From a virus (lineage: Duplodnaviria > Caudoviricetes), in the IMG/VR virus record IMGVR_UViG_3300023179_000156, positions 1 through 51,141 of that record: 51,141 bases of DNA. One strand, written 5' to 3'. This document shows positions 1 through 9,900 of this stretch, one piece after another. Every line of letters begins with the position of its first letter. Within the stretch, counting starts at the first letter, position 1. The notes below the pieces were generated by a model. The model saw only the letters and a list, made by a program, of their open reading frames with translations. It was not told where the DNA came from and did no database searches. The position numbers and the translations under genes are program-made.

Positions 1-1002
1 GCTGCGGCCGCTGGCTGCGGGACGGTGTTCCGCAACCAGGAAGACCTCCGGTGGTGCCGTGACCACGGCGTCGAGAGCCGCGCCCTCAACGAGGGCAGCA
101 ACTCGGCCGGCGGTGCGCTGGTTCCCGAGGAGTTCGCCAACCGCGTGATCCGGCTGGTTGAGACCTACGGCACCTTCCCCGGCGCCGCCGAGAACGTCTC
201 GATGAACCGAGACACGATGGTCGTGCCGAAGCGCCTGTCCGGCACCACGGCCTACTTCATCGGCGAGGGGTCGAGCGTGACCGAGAGCGAGCCGACCTAC
301 GGCAACGTGTCGCTCGTCGCCAAGAAGTTGGGCGTGTCCTGCCGTATGTCGACCGAGGTGGTCGAGGATGCCCTGGTGTCGCTGGCCGACAGCGTGGCCG
401 CTGAATTTGCGACCTCGCTGGCCTACAAGATCGACACCTGCGGCTGGCTCGGCTCGGGGACGTCCGAGTTCGGCGGCATCAACGGCATCGTGAACAAGAT
501 CAACGACGGCACGCACACCGCCTCCGTTGTGTCGGCCATCACGGGCAACACGGCGTTCGAGACCCTCGACATCGAGGACTTCCTCGCCGTGATCGGCAAG
601 TTGCCGCTCTACGCCCGCCAGGGCGCTGCGTGGTACGTCTCGCCCGCCGGCTACGCCGCGTCCATCAGCCGCCTGAAGTACGCGGCTGGCGGCAACACGG
701 TCGACAACCTCGGCCGCGATGCCGGCGAGTCGTTCCTCGGCTATCCGGTGCGGATGGTTCATGTCCTCAACAGCACGCTCGGCGCCGACGCCAACAAGGT
801 GAAGGTGCTGTTCGGCAACATGAGCCTGTCCAGCATCTACGCCCGCCGTCGTGACTTCTCGGTGCGGTTGTTCGATCAGGTCTACGCGACCACGGATCAA
901 CTGCTGCTCCAGGGGACCATGCGGTTCGACATCAACCACCACAGCCTCGGCAGCAACTCGGAGGTCGGCCCTGTGGTCGCACTCCGGTCGGCCGCTTCGT
1001 GA
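1..1002 (+). CDS. Major capsid protein, HK97 fold (5' end outside window)
   Basis: 'ALNEGSNSAGGALVPEEF', 'AYFIGEG', 'LGYPV', 'VLFGNM' and 'MRFDI' motifs typical of HK97-family capsids; first gene of the head cluster. Confidence 0.92.
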   Translation, partial: AAAAGCGTVFRNQEDLRWCRDHGVESRALNEGSNSAGGALVPEEFANRVIRLVETYGTFPGAAENVSMNRDTMVVPKRLSGTTAYFIGEGSSVTESEPTYGNVSLVAKKLGVSCRMSTEVVEDALVSLADSVAAEFATSLAYKIDTCGWLGSGTSEFGGINGIVNKINDGTHTASVVSAITGNTAFETLDIEDFLAVIGKLPLYARQGAAWYVSPAGYAASISRLKYAAGGNTVDNLGRDAGESFLGYPVRMVHVLNSTLGADANKVKVLFGNMSLSSIYARRRDFSVRLFDQVYATTDQLLLQGTMRFDINHHSLGSNSEVGPVVALRSAAS

Positions 1003-1020
1003 TAAAGGAGCAAAAAGCAA

Positions 1021-1464
1021 ATGATTCATTCTCAAAACCATAAGGTTGTCGCCGAACTTCCGTCGGCTGCTGTCGGTGCGACCGCGACCGCGACCCTGAC
1101 GATCGACACCATCGGGTACGATCACGCCAGCGTCTCGGTTGTCCGGGCCAGCAACGCCAGCACGGTGTTTGCCAACGCCGTGAAGGTCGAGGAGTCGGAC
1201 GACAATTCGTCCTACTCGAACGTCACGGCGCTCGTTGGTGGTGGCACTGGCGGCTTCTCGATCCCCGCCGTGACCGCGGCCGGGACGGCTTCCGCTGCCA
1301 TCCTCAAGTTGGACATCGACACGAAGGCGAAGAAGCGCTACCTGAAGGTGTCCTACACCCCGGGCGCTTCGGCCACCGTGGCGATCGTGGCTCGCCTTGG
1401 GCGAGGCGAAGAGTCGCCGGTCACTGTGGCCGACGCTGGCGTCATCGGTCGAGTTGTTGGCTAG
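1021..1464 (+). CDS. Putative capsid-associated/decoration protein
   Basis: AGGAG RBS; beta-rich 147 aa directly after the capsid gene; function from synteny only. Confidence 0.55.
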   Translation: MIHSQNHKVVAELPSAAVGATATATLTIDTIGYDHASVSVVRASNASTVFANAVKVEESDDNSSYSNVTALVGGGTGGFSIPAVTAAGTASAAILKLDIDTKAKKRYLKVSYTPGASATVAIVARLGRGEESPVTVADAGVIGRVVG

Positions 1465-1537
1465 TCCCGTACAAGCGGGACGGCCATGACGGCCGACAAA
1501 GGCGCAAGGATGCGCGCCCGCTCCTTAAAAGGAGCGC

Positions 1538-2269
1538 ATGATGCTGGTTCGCGTTGGTCGATGTGAAGCCGAGGTGAAAGTGGCCGCCCTGATGAGCGTG
1601 CCACGCCTCGGCTTCACGGACAATTTCTTCTGCATTTCCCAGGCGCTCGCGCCTCACGGCATCGCCCCGATCAAGTTCACCGGCGCGTTTTTCGGCCAGT
1701 GCCTGCAAAGGACGATGGAGCAAGTCATCGACACGCACGACGTCGTGCTGACGATCGACTACGACACGATATTCACCGCGAAGACCGTCGATGCGCTGCT
1801 AACGCTTCTCATGTTCTCTGGGTACGACGCCATCGCTCCACTCCAGACCAAGCGGGAGGCGAACACGGTGATGTTCGCCCTCCCCGGCGTCACCCCGGAC
1901 GAGAAAACGACCGTCGAGGGCGACTGGTTCTCGAAGCACGTTCAGCAGGTTGAAACGGCGCACTTCGGCTGCACGTTCATCCGCACGGAAGCCATCAAGA
2001 AGATGGCGAAGCCGTGGTTTCTGGCAGAGGCGAACGCCGAAGGCACGTTCACGGGCGGCCACATCGACGAGGACATCTACTTCTGGAAGAAGTTCTCTGG
2101 CGCAGGAAACCGACTCGGCATCGCGACCCACATCAGCGTCGGCCACGCTGAACTGATGATCACATGGCCGTCGCGAACCGTGGAGTGCGGGAAGGTGCAG
2201 CAGCACACCACGGAGTTCTGGAATAACGACAAGACGCCTCCAGAGGGCGCGTGGGGGTTCGTGAAGTGA
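1538..2269 (+). CDS. GT-A fold glycosyltransferase-like protein
   Basis: DxD-type 'LTIDYD', 'HFGCTFIR', 'KPWF', 'EDIYFW' and 'VGH' pattern of GT2-like enzymes. Confidence 0.7.
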   Translation: MMLVRVGRCEAEVKVAALMSVPRLGFTDNFFCISQALAPHGIAPIKFTGAFFGQCLQRTMEQVIDTHDVVLTIDYDTIFTAKTVDALLTLLMFSGYDAIAPLQTKREANTVMFALPGVTPDEKTTVEGDWFSKHVQQVETAHFGCTFIRTEAIKKMAKPWFLAEANAEGTFTGGHIDEDIYFWKKFSGAGNRLGIATHISVGHAELMITWPSRTVECGKVQQHTTEFWNNDKTPPEGAWGFVK

Positions 2270-2460
2270 AAATCAAGATCGTCAAGGAGTTCGGCGGCTA
2301 CCGGGTCGGCCAAGAATTCGACTGGGGAGACGGCATGGCGCGTGTGTTTTTGGCCCGCGGCCTTGTCTGCAGGGTAGAGGACCGCGACGAAGAGACCGCC
2401 GCGGTCGAACTTCGCGCAGAAAAAGCAATTCAGCCACAGGGCAAGAAGAGGGGCAAATGA
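2266..2460 (+). CDS. Small head-cluster hypothetical protein
   Basis: GTG overlaps the upstream stop; stop overlaps the next ATG. Confidence 0.6.
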   Translation: MKIKIVKEFGGYRVGQEFDWGDGMARVFLARGLVCRVEDRDEETAAVELRAEKAIQPQGKKRGK

Positions 2461-3101
2461 CCGTCTCGATTGTCTACGGATCTCCGCAGCATCCGGAATC
2501 CGGAATCACGCCCTACCGCAGCCTCGTCCGCAGCGTCGCGCCGGTTGTCGAGCCCGTGACGCTCGCGGAGGCGAAGGTTCAGTGTCGCGTGGATACCGGA
2601 GACGAGGACGCCTACATCACCGCTCTGATTGCCACGGCAAGGGAGTACGTCGAGGGCATCCTGGACATCTCCATGATTACGACCGTGTGGGAGGCCCGGT
2701 ACGACACGTTTCCAATGTGGGAAATCATCCTCCCTCGCCCGCCGATGCAGAATGCAAGCGTGACGCTCGTGTACCGGGACGAAGGCGGCGCGAGCCAAAC
2801 GATTACAAGCGGCGCCGGCGCATTTCAGGCGGACTTCTACGCCACGCCCGGAAGGATTTTTCCGATCTACGGCAGTGTTTGGCCCGCAGCCCGTGGAGAC
2901 GAAAACAGCGTGATGGTCCGCTGGTCCGCCGGGTACGGCGCTTCCGGGGCGGCGGTTCCAAGCATTCTGAAGCACCTGATTCTTCTGCTCGTCGCCCACT
3001 GGTACGAGTCGCGACAGCCCGTGGCGGCTGGAGGGCAGATGCCGATACCGACCACATTTGAGACGCTCCTGGCCGCCTCCGGGTGGGGCGGATACCGATG
3101 A
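2457..3101 (+). CDS. Head-tail connector (gp6-like)
   Basis: 'EPVTLAEAK..CRVD..EDAYI..LI..ARE' and 'ILLLVAHWYE.R' motifs. Confidence 0.9.
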   Translation: MTVSIVYGSPQHPESGITPYRSLVRSVAPVVEPVTLAEAKVQCRVDTGDEDAYITALIATAREYVEGILDISMITTVWEARYDTFPMWEIILPRPPMQNASVTLVYRDEGGASQTITSGAGAFQADFYATPGRIFPIYGSVWPAARGDENSVMVRWSAGYGASGAAVPSILKHLILLLVAHWYESRQPVAAGGQMPIPTTFETLLAASGWGGYR

Positions 3102-3583
3102 CGATGCTTGCGCAGGTCGTTGCCAACGTGTCTGCCCGCATCTTGGATTCGGCGGGGCTGTCTTCTTCCGTCACGGAACGCCAGATCGGGTTCTCGTTTG
3201 ACGTCGGCGACTGCGACAAGGCGTGGGGTGACAGGCGCACGTTCGCATCTGGGTACGACGAGGTCGACTTTTCGTCCATTGGCATCAGCGCAGTGAAACT
3301 CCTGTGCCTGAAGAACCTGTCGAAGACGAATCAAATCGCCCTCTCGGCTGGCTGGACAGGAAGCCAGTTCAGCGTTTTTCGCCAAGACACAACCAGTTGG
3401 AACTTCAGCCCGATGATCAACCTCGGGAGCCTAACGCTGCGCGGATACCCAATTCGCGAGGGCGGCGCAATCCTTTTGTCGTGTCCAAACTCCGACGGAT
3501 TTGCCACCACCTCCGGCGGCAGCATCCTCCGCATTGGCGGGACAACTGGCCAAGAATACGAAATCTACGTCATGGGGACCTGA
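3098..3583 (+). CDS. Hypothetical virion protein
   Basis: ATGA coupling with upstream gene; loosely similar to the next ORF ('VKLL.LKN', 'ILRI.G...YEI'). Confidence 0.6.
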   Translation: MTMLAQVVANVSARILDSAGLSSSVTERQIGFSFDVGDCDKAWGDRRTFASGYDEVDFSSIGISAVKLLCLKNLSKTNQIALSAGWTGSQFSVFRQDTTSWNFSPMINLGSLTLRGYPIREGGAILLSCPNSDGFATTSGGSILRIGGTTGQEYEIYVMGT

Positions 3584-3586
3584 ACG

Positions 3587-4126
3587 ATGCCGCTCACAGC
3601 ACAGATCACGCTCTCAGTACTGGCCCACGAGGCTTCCAGCGGCGACTTGTCGCGGACGCTTCGCGTCACGCCCGCAAACTACGCCCTCGGGATCACAGAC
3701 GGCACGGGAGCCAATCAGGCGCAGGTGGCATGGAGCGCTTCGCGGTCGGGGTCGGCCACGACGACCACCGACTTCGACTTGTCGGCGCTTGCGGACACAC
3801 GCGACGGTGCGGCCGTCTCGGTCGCGTTCACGGCCGTGAAGTTCCTCTACATCAGAAACGCGAGCGCCACGAACCCGCTCTGGGTCGGCACGAATGCAGC
3901 GATCCCGGTCGGGTCGTTTGCGACGAACCACTGGGCCGGGACTCCGATTAGCAGGGGGGCGACAACCACTGGGGCGCTCGTCGTACTTCAGGGCGGAATC
4001 GTCGCCATCTCCATGCCGACCGATTCGGGAGTTGCCGTCTCGGGGACGAGCAAAATCCTGCGAATCACAGGGATCGTTGACCACGCCTACGACATCGTCC
4101 TCGTTGGCGAAGGCACGGTCACATGA
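3587..4126 (+). CDS. Hypothetical virion protein
   Basis: Operon position; 'VKFLYIRN', 'ILRITG...YDI' shared with previous ORF. Confidence 0.6.
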   Translation: MPLTAQITLSVLAHEASSGDLSRTLRVTPANYALGITDGTGANQAQVAWSASRSGSATTTTDFDLSALADTRDGAAVSVAFTAVKFLYIRNASATNPLWVGTNAAIPVGSFATNHWAGTPISRGATTTGALVVLQGGIVAISMPTDSGVAVSGTSKILRITGIVDHAYDIVLVGEGTVT

Positions 4127-4437
4127 TCATCGGCCGCATGAAAGAGCGGGTCACGATTCAGTCCCCGACGGAGGTTCGGACCTCGGTTGGCGGGACAACG
4201 CTGACATGGGCCACGCTGGAAACTGTGTGGGCCAGCGTCGACGGCCTGTCGACGCGAGACATTTTGCAGGCACAGCAGGCAAATCTCGTGGCAACCCACA
4301 GGATCAGGATTCGGTATCGCTCCGACGTCACTCACACGCAGAGAATCGTGTGGCGAGGCAGGACGATGGAAATCGCCAGCGTTGTTGAGCGAGACAACCG
4401 CACGGCGCTCGAGATTTTGGCCAGAGAGGTGCAATGA
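4123..4437 (+). CDS. Head-tail adaptor / head closure (SPP1 gp16-like)
   Basis: 'G.MKERVTIQ', 'TVWASV', 'THRIRIRYR.DV' motifs. Confidence 0.88.
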   Translation: MIIGRMKERVTIQSPTEVRTSVGGTTLTWATLETVWASVDGLSTRDILQAQQANLVATHRIRIRYRSDVTHTQRIVWRGRTMEIASVVERDNRTALEILAREVQ

Positions 4438-5156
4438 TGGCAATCGACAACTTCGGCCGAGCGCAGGCGTTCATCCGCATCGGCGTCGACGGCATCCAGC
4501 CAGTTCTCGACACGCTGGAGAACGTGGCCGGCGTTCTGTCTGCCGGCGAGTCTCTGGAGCGAGTCTTGGGGAGGGCCGCGCGGCCGATACGAGATACCTA
4601 CCGGGCCGCAGCCATGCGGCACGACGCCACGGGCAACCTCGCCAAAAGCACCACCATCAAGACGAAGACATACCGCCCCGGAGTATCGGTTGCCATCGCC
4701 GGCCCGCGGCACACCGGCAGCGTCGGCGCCACCGGATCCCAGGCCAGCGGGAATCACAGTTGGCTTGTGGAATTTGGGTCAAACGGCCGCCGCCGTCCGT
4801 CGACTCGCGGCACCCGCAAGACCTACGTCAACGTCCATCAAGTGATCAACCGCAGGATGACGGCCGTCGCCAGACTTGAGGACAGCGACAAGTTCGCAAA
4901 ACGCTCGAAGGGGTACTACTTCCTCATGTCTTCGTGGCGCGAGCCAACGAGGCAGGCAAGGGCTGGGAGGGGTTATACGCACGACTTTCTTCCGGACGGG
5001 GGTGTTTTCACGCTGCAACCAGGGGAAACCTACGGCGCCATGCCTGGGTATCACCTCATGGAGAACACCATCTCGGCCCGCCGGTCGCAGGCCCAGACGA
5101 TCATCCGCAACGGGCTGATCGACGCCATCAACACGGCCATTGCGGGGTCACTCTGA
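4434..5156 (+). CDS. Neck protein, HK97 gp10-like
   Basis: 'TGNLAKS' and 'HSWLVEFGS' motifs; synteny. Confidence 0.75.
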   Translation: MMAIDNFGRAQAFIRIGVDGIQPVLDTLENVAGVLSAGESLERVLGRAARPIRDTYRAAAMRHDATGNLAKSTTIKTKTYRPGVSVAIAGPRHTGSVGATGSQASGNHSWLVEFGSNGRRRPSTRGTRKTYVNVHQVINRRMTAVARLEDSDKFAKRSKGYYFLMSSWREPTRQARAGRGYTHDFLPDGGVFTLQPGETYGAMPGYHLMENTISARRSQAQTIIRNGLIDAINTAIAGSL

Positions 5157-5584
5157 TGCTACTTCTGCCGGAAAAGCACATCTACGCCAAGTTGGCCTCG
5201 TCTCCAGGCGTGGCGCGGCTGGTCGGCTTCCAGATCTACCCGATCGCCGTGCCAAAGGGCGCCGCGATGCCGTTTGTGATCTACAAGCGGGCGAACGTGA
5301 GGCGTGATGGCACTCTCGGAAACGCGCCGCTGTTCATGCCGGAGGTTTCGCTCCAGGTCGCATCCTGGGCCTTGACCTACGAGGGCGCCAAAGACCTCGC
5401 CGACGAGGTGCGGCTGGCCCTGGATGGCCACACAGGCACACTACTGGGAGTTACAATACACGATATGAGGCTAGTCTCCGAAGTGGACGACTTCCTCGAC
5501 CCCACGGCAGTTGGGGCGCAACTGCCGCCGGCATACGAAGTCAGGCAACTGTTTCAGGTTCGCTGGTCAGAGGCGACCGGCTAA
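5156..5584 (+). CDS. Tail terminator / completion protein (DUF3168-like)
   Basis: 'LVGFQIYP..VP.GA.MPFVIY' and 'A..LADEVR.ALDG' motifs. Confidence 0.8.
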   Translation: MLLLPEKHIYAKLASSPGVARLVGFQIYPIAVPKGAAMPFVIYKRANVRRDGTLGNAPLFMPEVSLQVASWALTYEGAKDLADEVRLALDGHTGTLLGVTIHDMRLVSEVDDFLDPTAVGAQLPPAYEVRQLFQVRWSEATG

Positions 5585-5611
5585 CACAATCGCGCAAGGA
5601 GGCGCACGAGA

Positions 5612-5947
5612 ATGTCAACGTCGGCACAGGGAATGACGTTCACCTTCGGTGGCAGCAACGTCACCGTCACCTCGGTCCAGGTCAATGATCAGCAAGACCT
5701 CCTTGACGCGACGCACCTCGGCATCCCGGCGAACGGCCGCCGCGTGTTCGTCGGCGGATTCGCCACTGACCGCGAGGTGCAGATCGACTACTACAACTCG
5801 ACGATCCTCACCGCCGGCCAGTCTGGCACGCTCATCATCTCCGGCCCTATGTCGTTCAGCGGTCCAGCAACCGTCTCGTCCGCGTCGCTTGGCGGCTCGG
5901 TCGGCGATTTCATCAGGGGGTCGGCGACGTTCAAGTTCGCCGGCTAG
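5612..5947 (+). CDS. Short tail tube-like protein 1
   Basis: Position after the terminator gene; 'SAQG.TFTF', 'D.THL', 'SVGDFI' pattern. Confidence 0.6.
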   Translation: MSTSAQGMTFTFGGSNVTVTSVQVNDQQDLLDATHLGIPANGRRVFVGGFATDREVQIDYYNSTILTAGQSGTLIISGPMSFSGPATVSSASLGGSVGDFIRGSATFKFAG

Positions 5948-5970
5948 TGACCGCGAGCCTGGAGTAGCCA

Positions 5971-6336
5971 GTGGCCGTCTCCTCGCAAGGCTCGACGTTC
6001 ACGTTCAACGGAAACGTCATGACGGTGACGAGCGTCTCCGTTCGCGCGCCGAAGGCGGAATACGTCGACATGACGTCATTCGACGTCCCGGTGGGGAAAA
6101 AGCGACTGATCGCCACCGGCGACATCGCCACCCCTGCGTCGATGGAAGTCGAGGGCTTTGGGATCGTAGATCCAAAGACCATTGCAGGCACGCAGGGCGA
6201 CATCAGGTTTCAGACCCAGGCCGGCGACATCGTGCTTCAGAAGGCTGTGTGCGATGACGCCTCGGTGTCTGCGAGCGTCGGAGATTTCTTGCGTCTTAGG
6301 ATGACCTTTATTCTTTGTGACTACTTGGTGGACTAA
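5971..6336 (+). CDS. Short tail tube-like protein 2 (paralog of previous)
   Basis: Shares 'S.QG.TFTF.G...VTSV.V' and 'SVGDF.R' with 5612-5947. Confidence 0.55.
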   Translation: MAVSSQGSTFTFNGNVMTVTSVSVRAPKAEYVDMTSFDVPVGKKRLIATGDIATPASMEVEGFGIVDPKTIAGTQGDIRFQTQAGDIVLQKAVCDDASVSASVGDFLRLRMTFILCDYLVD

Positions 6337-6338
6337 AC

Positions 6339-6713
6339 ATGGCTTTGAGCAAAGCGAAGATTCTGGCGGCGAGGGACGTTCGGTTGAGCGACGCGATCAA
6401 GGTTCCGGAGTGGGGCGGCGAGGTGTACCTCAAGACGCTCTCCGGCCTTGAGCGCGACGCGTTCGAGGAGTCCTACGCGGAGCAGAAGATGAAGTCGTTC
6501 CGCGTTCGCTTCCTCCTGCTGACGCTGTGCGACGACTCCGGCGAGCGGCTGTTTTCTGACTCCGACACTGAACTCCTCGGCAAGAAGTCCAGCGTGGTCA
6601 TCAACCGCTTGTTTGAGAAGGCGTGGAGCCACAACGCCCTGACGTCGGAGGCTGTGGAAAGCCTGGGAAAAGATTCACCGACCGACCAGAGCGGAGGTTC
6701 TACTTCCGCCTAG
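6339..6713 (+). CDS. Tail assembly chaperone (gpG-like)
   Basis: 'VPEWGG.VY.K.LSG.ERD.FE' motif; lies upstream of the tape measure gene. Confidence 0.88.
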   Translation: MALSKAKILAARDVRLSDAIKVPEWGGEVYLKTLSGLERDAFEESYAEQKMKSFRVRFLLLTLCDDSGERLFSDSDTELLGKKSSVVINRLFEKAWSHNALTSEAVESLGKDSPTDQSGGSTSA

Positions 6714-6970
6714 CGCTGGCCCTAGGCATGACAGTCAAGCGGCTCCTGACGGAGTGCGACTCCGAGGAGTTGAGCGAGTGGTATGCCTACGACCAGCGGT
6801 GGCCTCTGCCAGACTCGTGGTGGCAGACGGCGCGGCTGTGTCGGACGGTGATGGCGGCGAGCGGGAACTACAAGAGGGTGCCAGAGGAAAACATCTTCAT
6901 TCCGTCGCAGGTGAAGCCGCACCAGACGGCGGAAGAGATGTTTGCGGAACTGCAGAAACTTCAAGGATGA
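6665..6970 (+). CDS. -1 frameshift extension of tail chaperone (gpGT-like); slippery site G GGA AAA at 6665-6671
   Basis: X XXY YYZ heptamer in frame with 6339 ORF; -1 frame open to 6970 (RFTDRPERRFYFRLALALGMTV...). Confidence 0.88.
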   Translation, partial: GKRFTDRPERRFYFRLALALGMTVKRLLTECDSEELSEWYAYDQRWPLPDSWWQTARLCRTVMAASGNYKRVPEENIFIPSQVKPHQTAEEMFAELQKLQG

Positions 6971-6973
6971 GGC

Positions 6974-9900
6974 ATGGCCCTTCTCGGCAAAATCTCTGCC
7001 GTTCTGACTGCGAACACGCAGGACTTTACTCGCCGCATTGGCGAGTCCCGGCGTGAACTGCAGGACTTTGCGCGCCAGGCCCGCGGCGTCCAGTTCAATC
7101 TCAACACGAGGGCGCTCGACGGCACGCTGACCCAGTTGCAGCGATTCCAGCGGACGCTGCGCGAGATACAACAACTCCAAGCCAGGGGCGTCGACGCCGG
7201 CCTGCCGAATGCCGGCCGATTGCGCGACCAGTTTCGCGCGTTTGAGGACATTGGCAAGCCTCTGACGAGCGTCAAAAACCAGATTGAGGGGCTGTCTTCT
7301 GCCATTCAGGCTGAACTGTACCCAGAACTGGAGAAGATTCAGGCTGGATTTCGCAACCTATACCGCGACCTCGACACCGGCGCGGCGACGTTCGACAGGT
7401 CGGCCAAAAGAATAGAGAACCTGCAGCAGCGGCTCTTGGCATTGTCGCGCGCCACTGCCGTTGCAAAGGACATCGGCGGCCTGTCGAAGCAACTTGAGGC
7501 ATCGTCGGCCGGCTCCTCGTTCTTCGCGCCATCCGCCAAGGAAGCGCTGAAGAAGACTATTGCGCTCCGTGGAGAAGCAGAAAACATACCCGCCCGTTTC
7601 CGCGGCGGGCAGTTCGCCGACCTTGCGGTTGCCGCCGAGGAGAACGCCGCAAGAGTCGAAAAGGCTGTGGCGCGGGTCGCAAGAGCGCAACTACGCGCCG
7701 GGCGTCCCGGCGGCGAAACGCCGCGCAACCTGGAGTTTCGCGGTCGCGCCCAGCAGGAACTTGACGCAGCCGTTCGCGAGCAGAGCGCCATCAACGCGCT
7801 GTTCGACAGGGATATTCGCAGCGCCACGATCAAGCAGGTCGTGTCTCCGGACGCCGTCTCGCAGGTCGAGCAACTGACGGAAAAGTTCGGCAAACTGTCC
7901 GCCCGGCTCCGCGAGGGCGGCGATCAGCGATTTGACGGTCTGATTGCGTCCGTTGGCCGTGTAGTCGAGCGGCTGAATCAGGGCGAGACTTCCGCCAAGA
8001 AGACCAAACTGGCGATCGAAGCGCTCGCCGGGGCTGAAGCCACAAAGTCGTTCTCGGCCGCTGGTTTCGGCAAGGCCGACGCCTTGATCCGAACGGATTC
8101 CGAGCGGGCCATCGAACAGATCCGCCGCGACGCGCAGAAGCAGCGCAACAACATCATCGGCGACAACCCGAGCCTCGGCAGGCGCCGCCGCGCGTACATC
8201 GAAGGCGTGAATCTTCGCGAGGACATCGCTCTGTCGCGAGAAGAGTTCAACCGCACTGCGGCCGGCCGCGTCAATGACCTGTCGTCGCGCGTCAATGGCA
8301 TCAAGGACGCCGGCCTGACGAGCCAGTTCGACAACATTCGGAAGTTGGCTGCTGACGCAAACGTCAGCCTGAAGGCGGCGTTCGACGGTCGGAATACTGC
8401 CGCCGGCGCTAGGGCGCTTGACGACTACAAGGCAAAGTTCCCCGCCCTGATCGCAGAGATCGACAAGTTTGAGTCGAAACTAAAGTCGGCCGAAACGGCT
8501 CGCAAGCGGTTCGACCAGTTCCTGTCCATCTCCGGAAGCCGCAGCGACAAACTCGGCGCCGACCTGGAGCGAGCAGCCAGCGATATTTCAGTTGCGAGAC
8601 AGTTCGCCGGCAACTTTGAGTCCGGGAACACCTCCGGCCGGCGCAACGTGGCCGCCGGCATAGAGAAGCAACTTTCCGCCTATCAAAAAGCGGCAGAACT
8701 CCAGCAGAGGATCTTTGACCGCCCGCAGGCGTTCAAGAACGAAGAGGCCAGGGCGAAGGCGCTTGAGCGCGTCACGAAGGTCATCGAGGCCCAAAGACGC
8801 GCACTGCGAGACCTTGTTGTCCAGGAGAGCAAGCGAGACGGGTCGCGCGGCATCACTGGCGCGCAGTTTGATGCGGCCGCCAACAAAGCCGCCAAGAACA
8901 GAGGGTCATTCGGCGTCGGCGGCGCCGCCGTGGCGCAACTTGCGTTCCAGCAGGGTCTCTTTGCTATCGACGACCTGATTTCCGCTACAGGCGGCCTTGA
9001 ATACAAACTCCGCGCTGTTGGCAATAACATCACGCAACTCGGACTGTTGCTCGGCCAATCCGGCCTGATCCCCGGACTGTCGGCAACGACGGGCCTGTTC
9101 CTCGGCCTGTCGGCCGTAATCGGCGGTCAGGTCATTACGTCGATCCTAAAGTATGCAACCGGCTCGGAGTTGGCTGACGACAAGGCGAAAGCCCTGAATG
9201 ACTCCCTGTCCAGGCAGAAGTCGCTTGTCGAGGGTCTTGCGCAAGCGTTTGAGTCACTCGGCGACTCCATTGCCCGCAAGGCGTTTTCTTCGGCTGGGCA
9301 GTCTACGAGGGCATTCACAAAAGAACTCGCCAACATAGACAGGAAGCAAAAAGAACTCCGCGAGGAGCGCGTCTCATTCCTCGACCCAGGCGTGCAGGAG
9401 GAGAGGGCGAAGCAGGCCACGCTCAAGCGCCGGCTTGACGCGACATCTGACGGCGGGCAGCGAGTGGCGATCCTCCGCGAGATAGAAGAATCTCGCCGAA
9501 GGGAGCGAGCCGCCATCCGCGCGAGGGCCAGCGCGCCGGCCCCGTCGCCAGAAGATGTGCGAAAGTCTGTCGTCGACAGAATACGCGACTCCGAATTTGC
9601 GAGGCTTTCGGAAGAAAAGGGCGGGCTTTTCCCGGTGCGCCTCGTCGACTGGCGGGCGCGGAGGGAGGCGGAGGCAAGGCGCGAAAAGGCGAGACAGGAT
9701 CTGGACGCCGCAGGCGCCGACCCGCTTTCGCTGTCTCGCATTGTTGAGCAAAGAATTCGCGAGAGGCAGGAGATGGCGACTCGCGACATCGGCGCGTTCG
9801 ACCTCTTCACCGGCGATGCGATTGAGATAACGAACGCAAGAGAAGACGTTGCTGCGCTCACCACTCTGCTTGAGTCGCTGCGCCTACCGGCAAGCCTGCA

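Noticed and set aside
1-30. Possible indel near the capsid 5' edge (GRWLR in frame 3 versus TVFRN in frame 1)
   Set aside because: Too close to the window edge to evaluate; frame 1 is open anyway.
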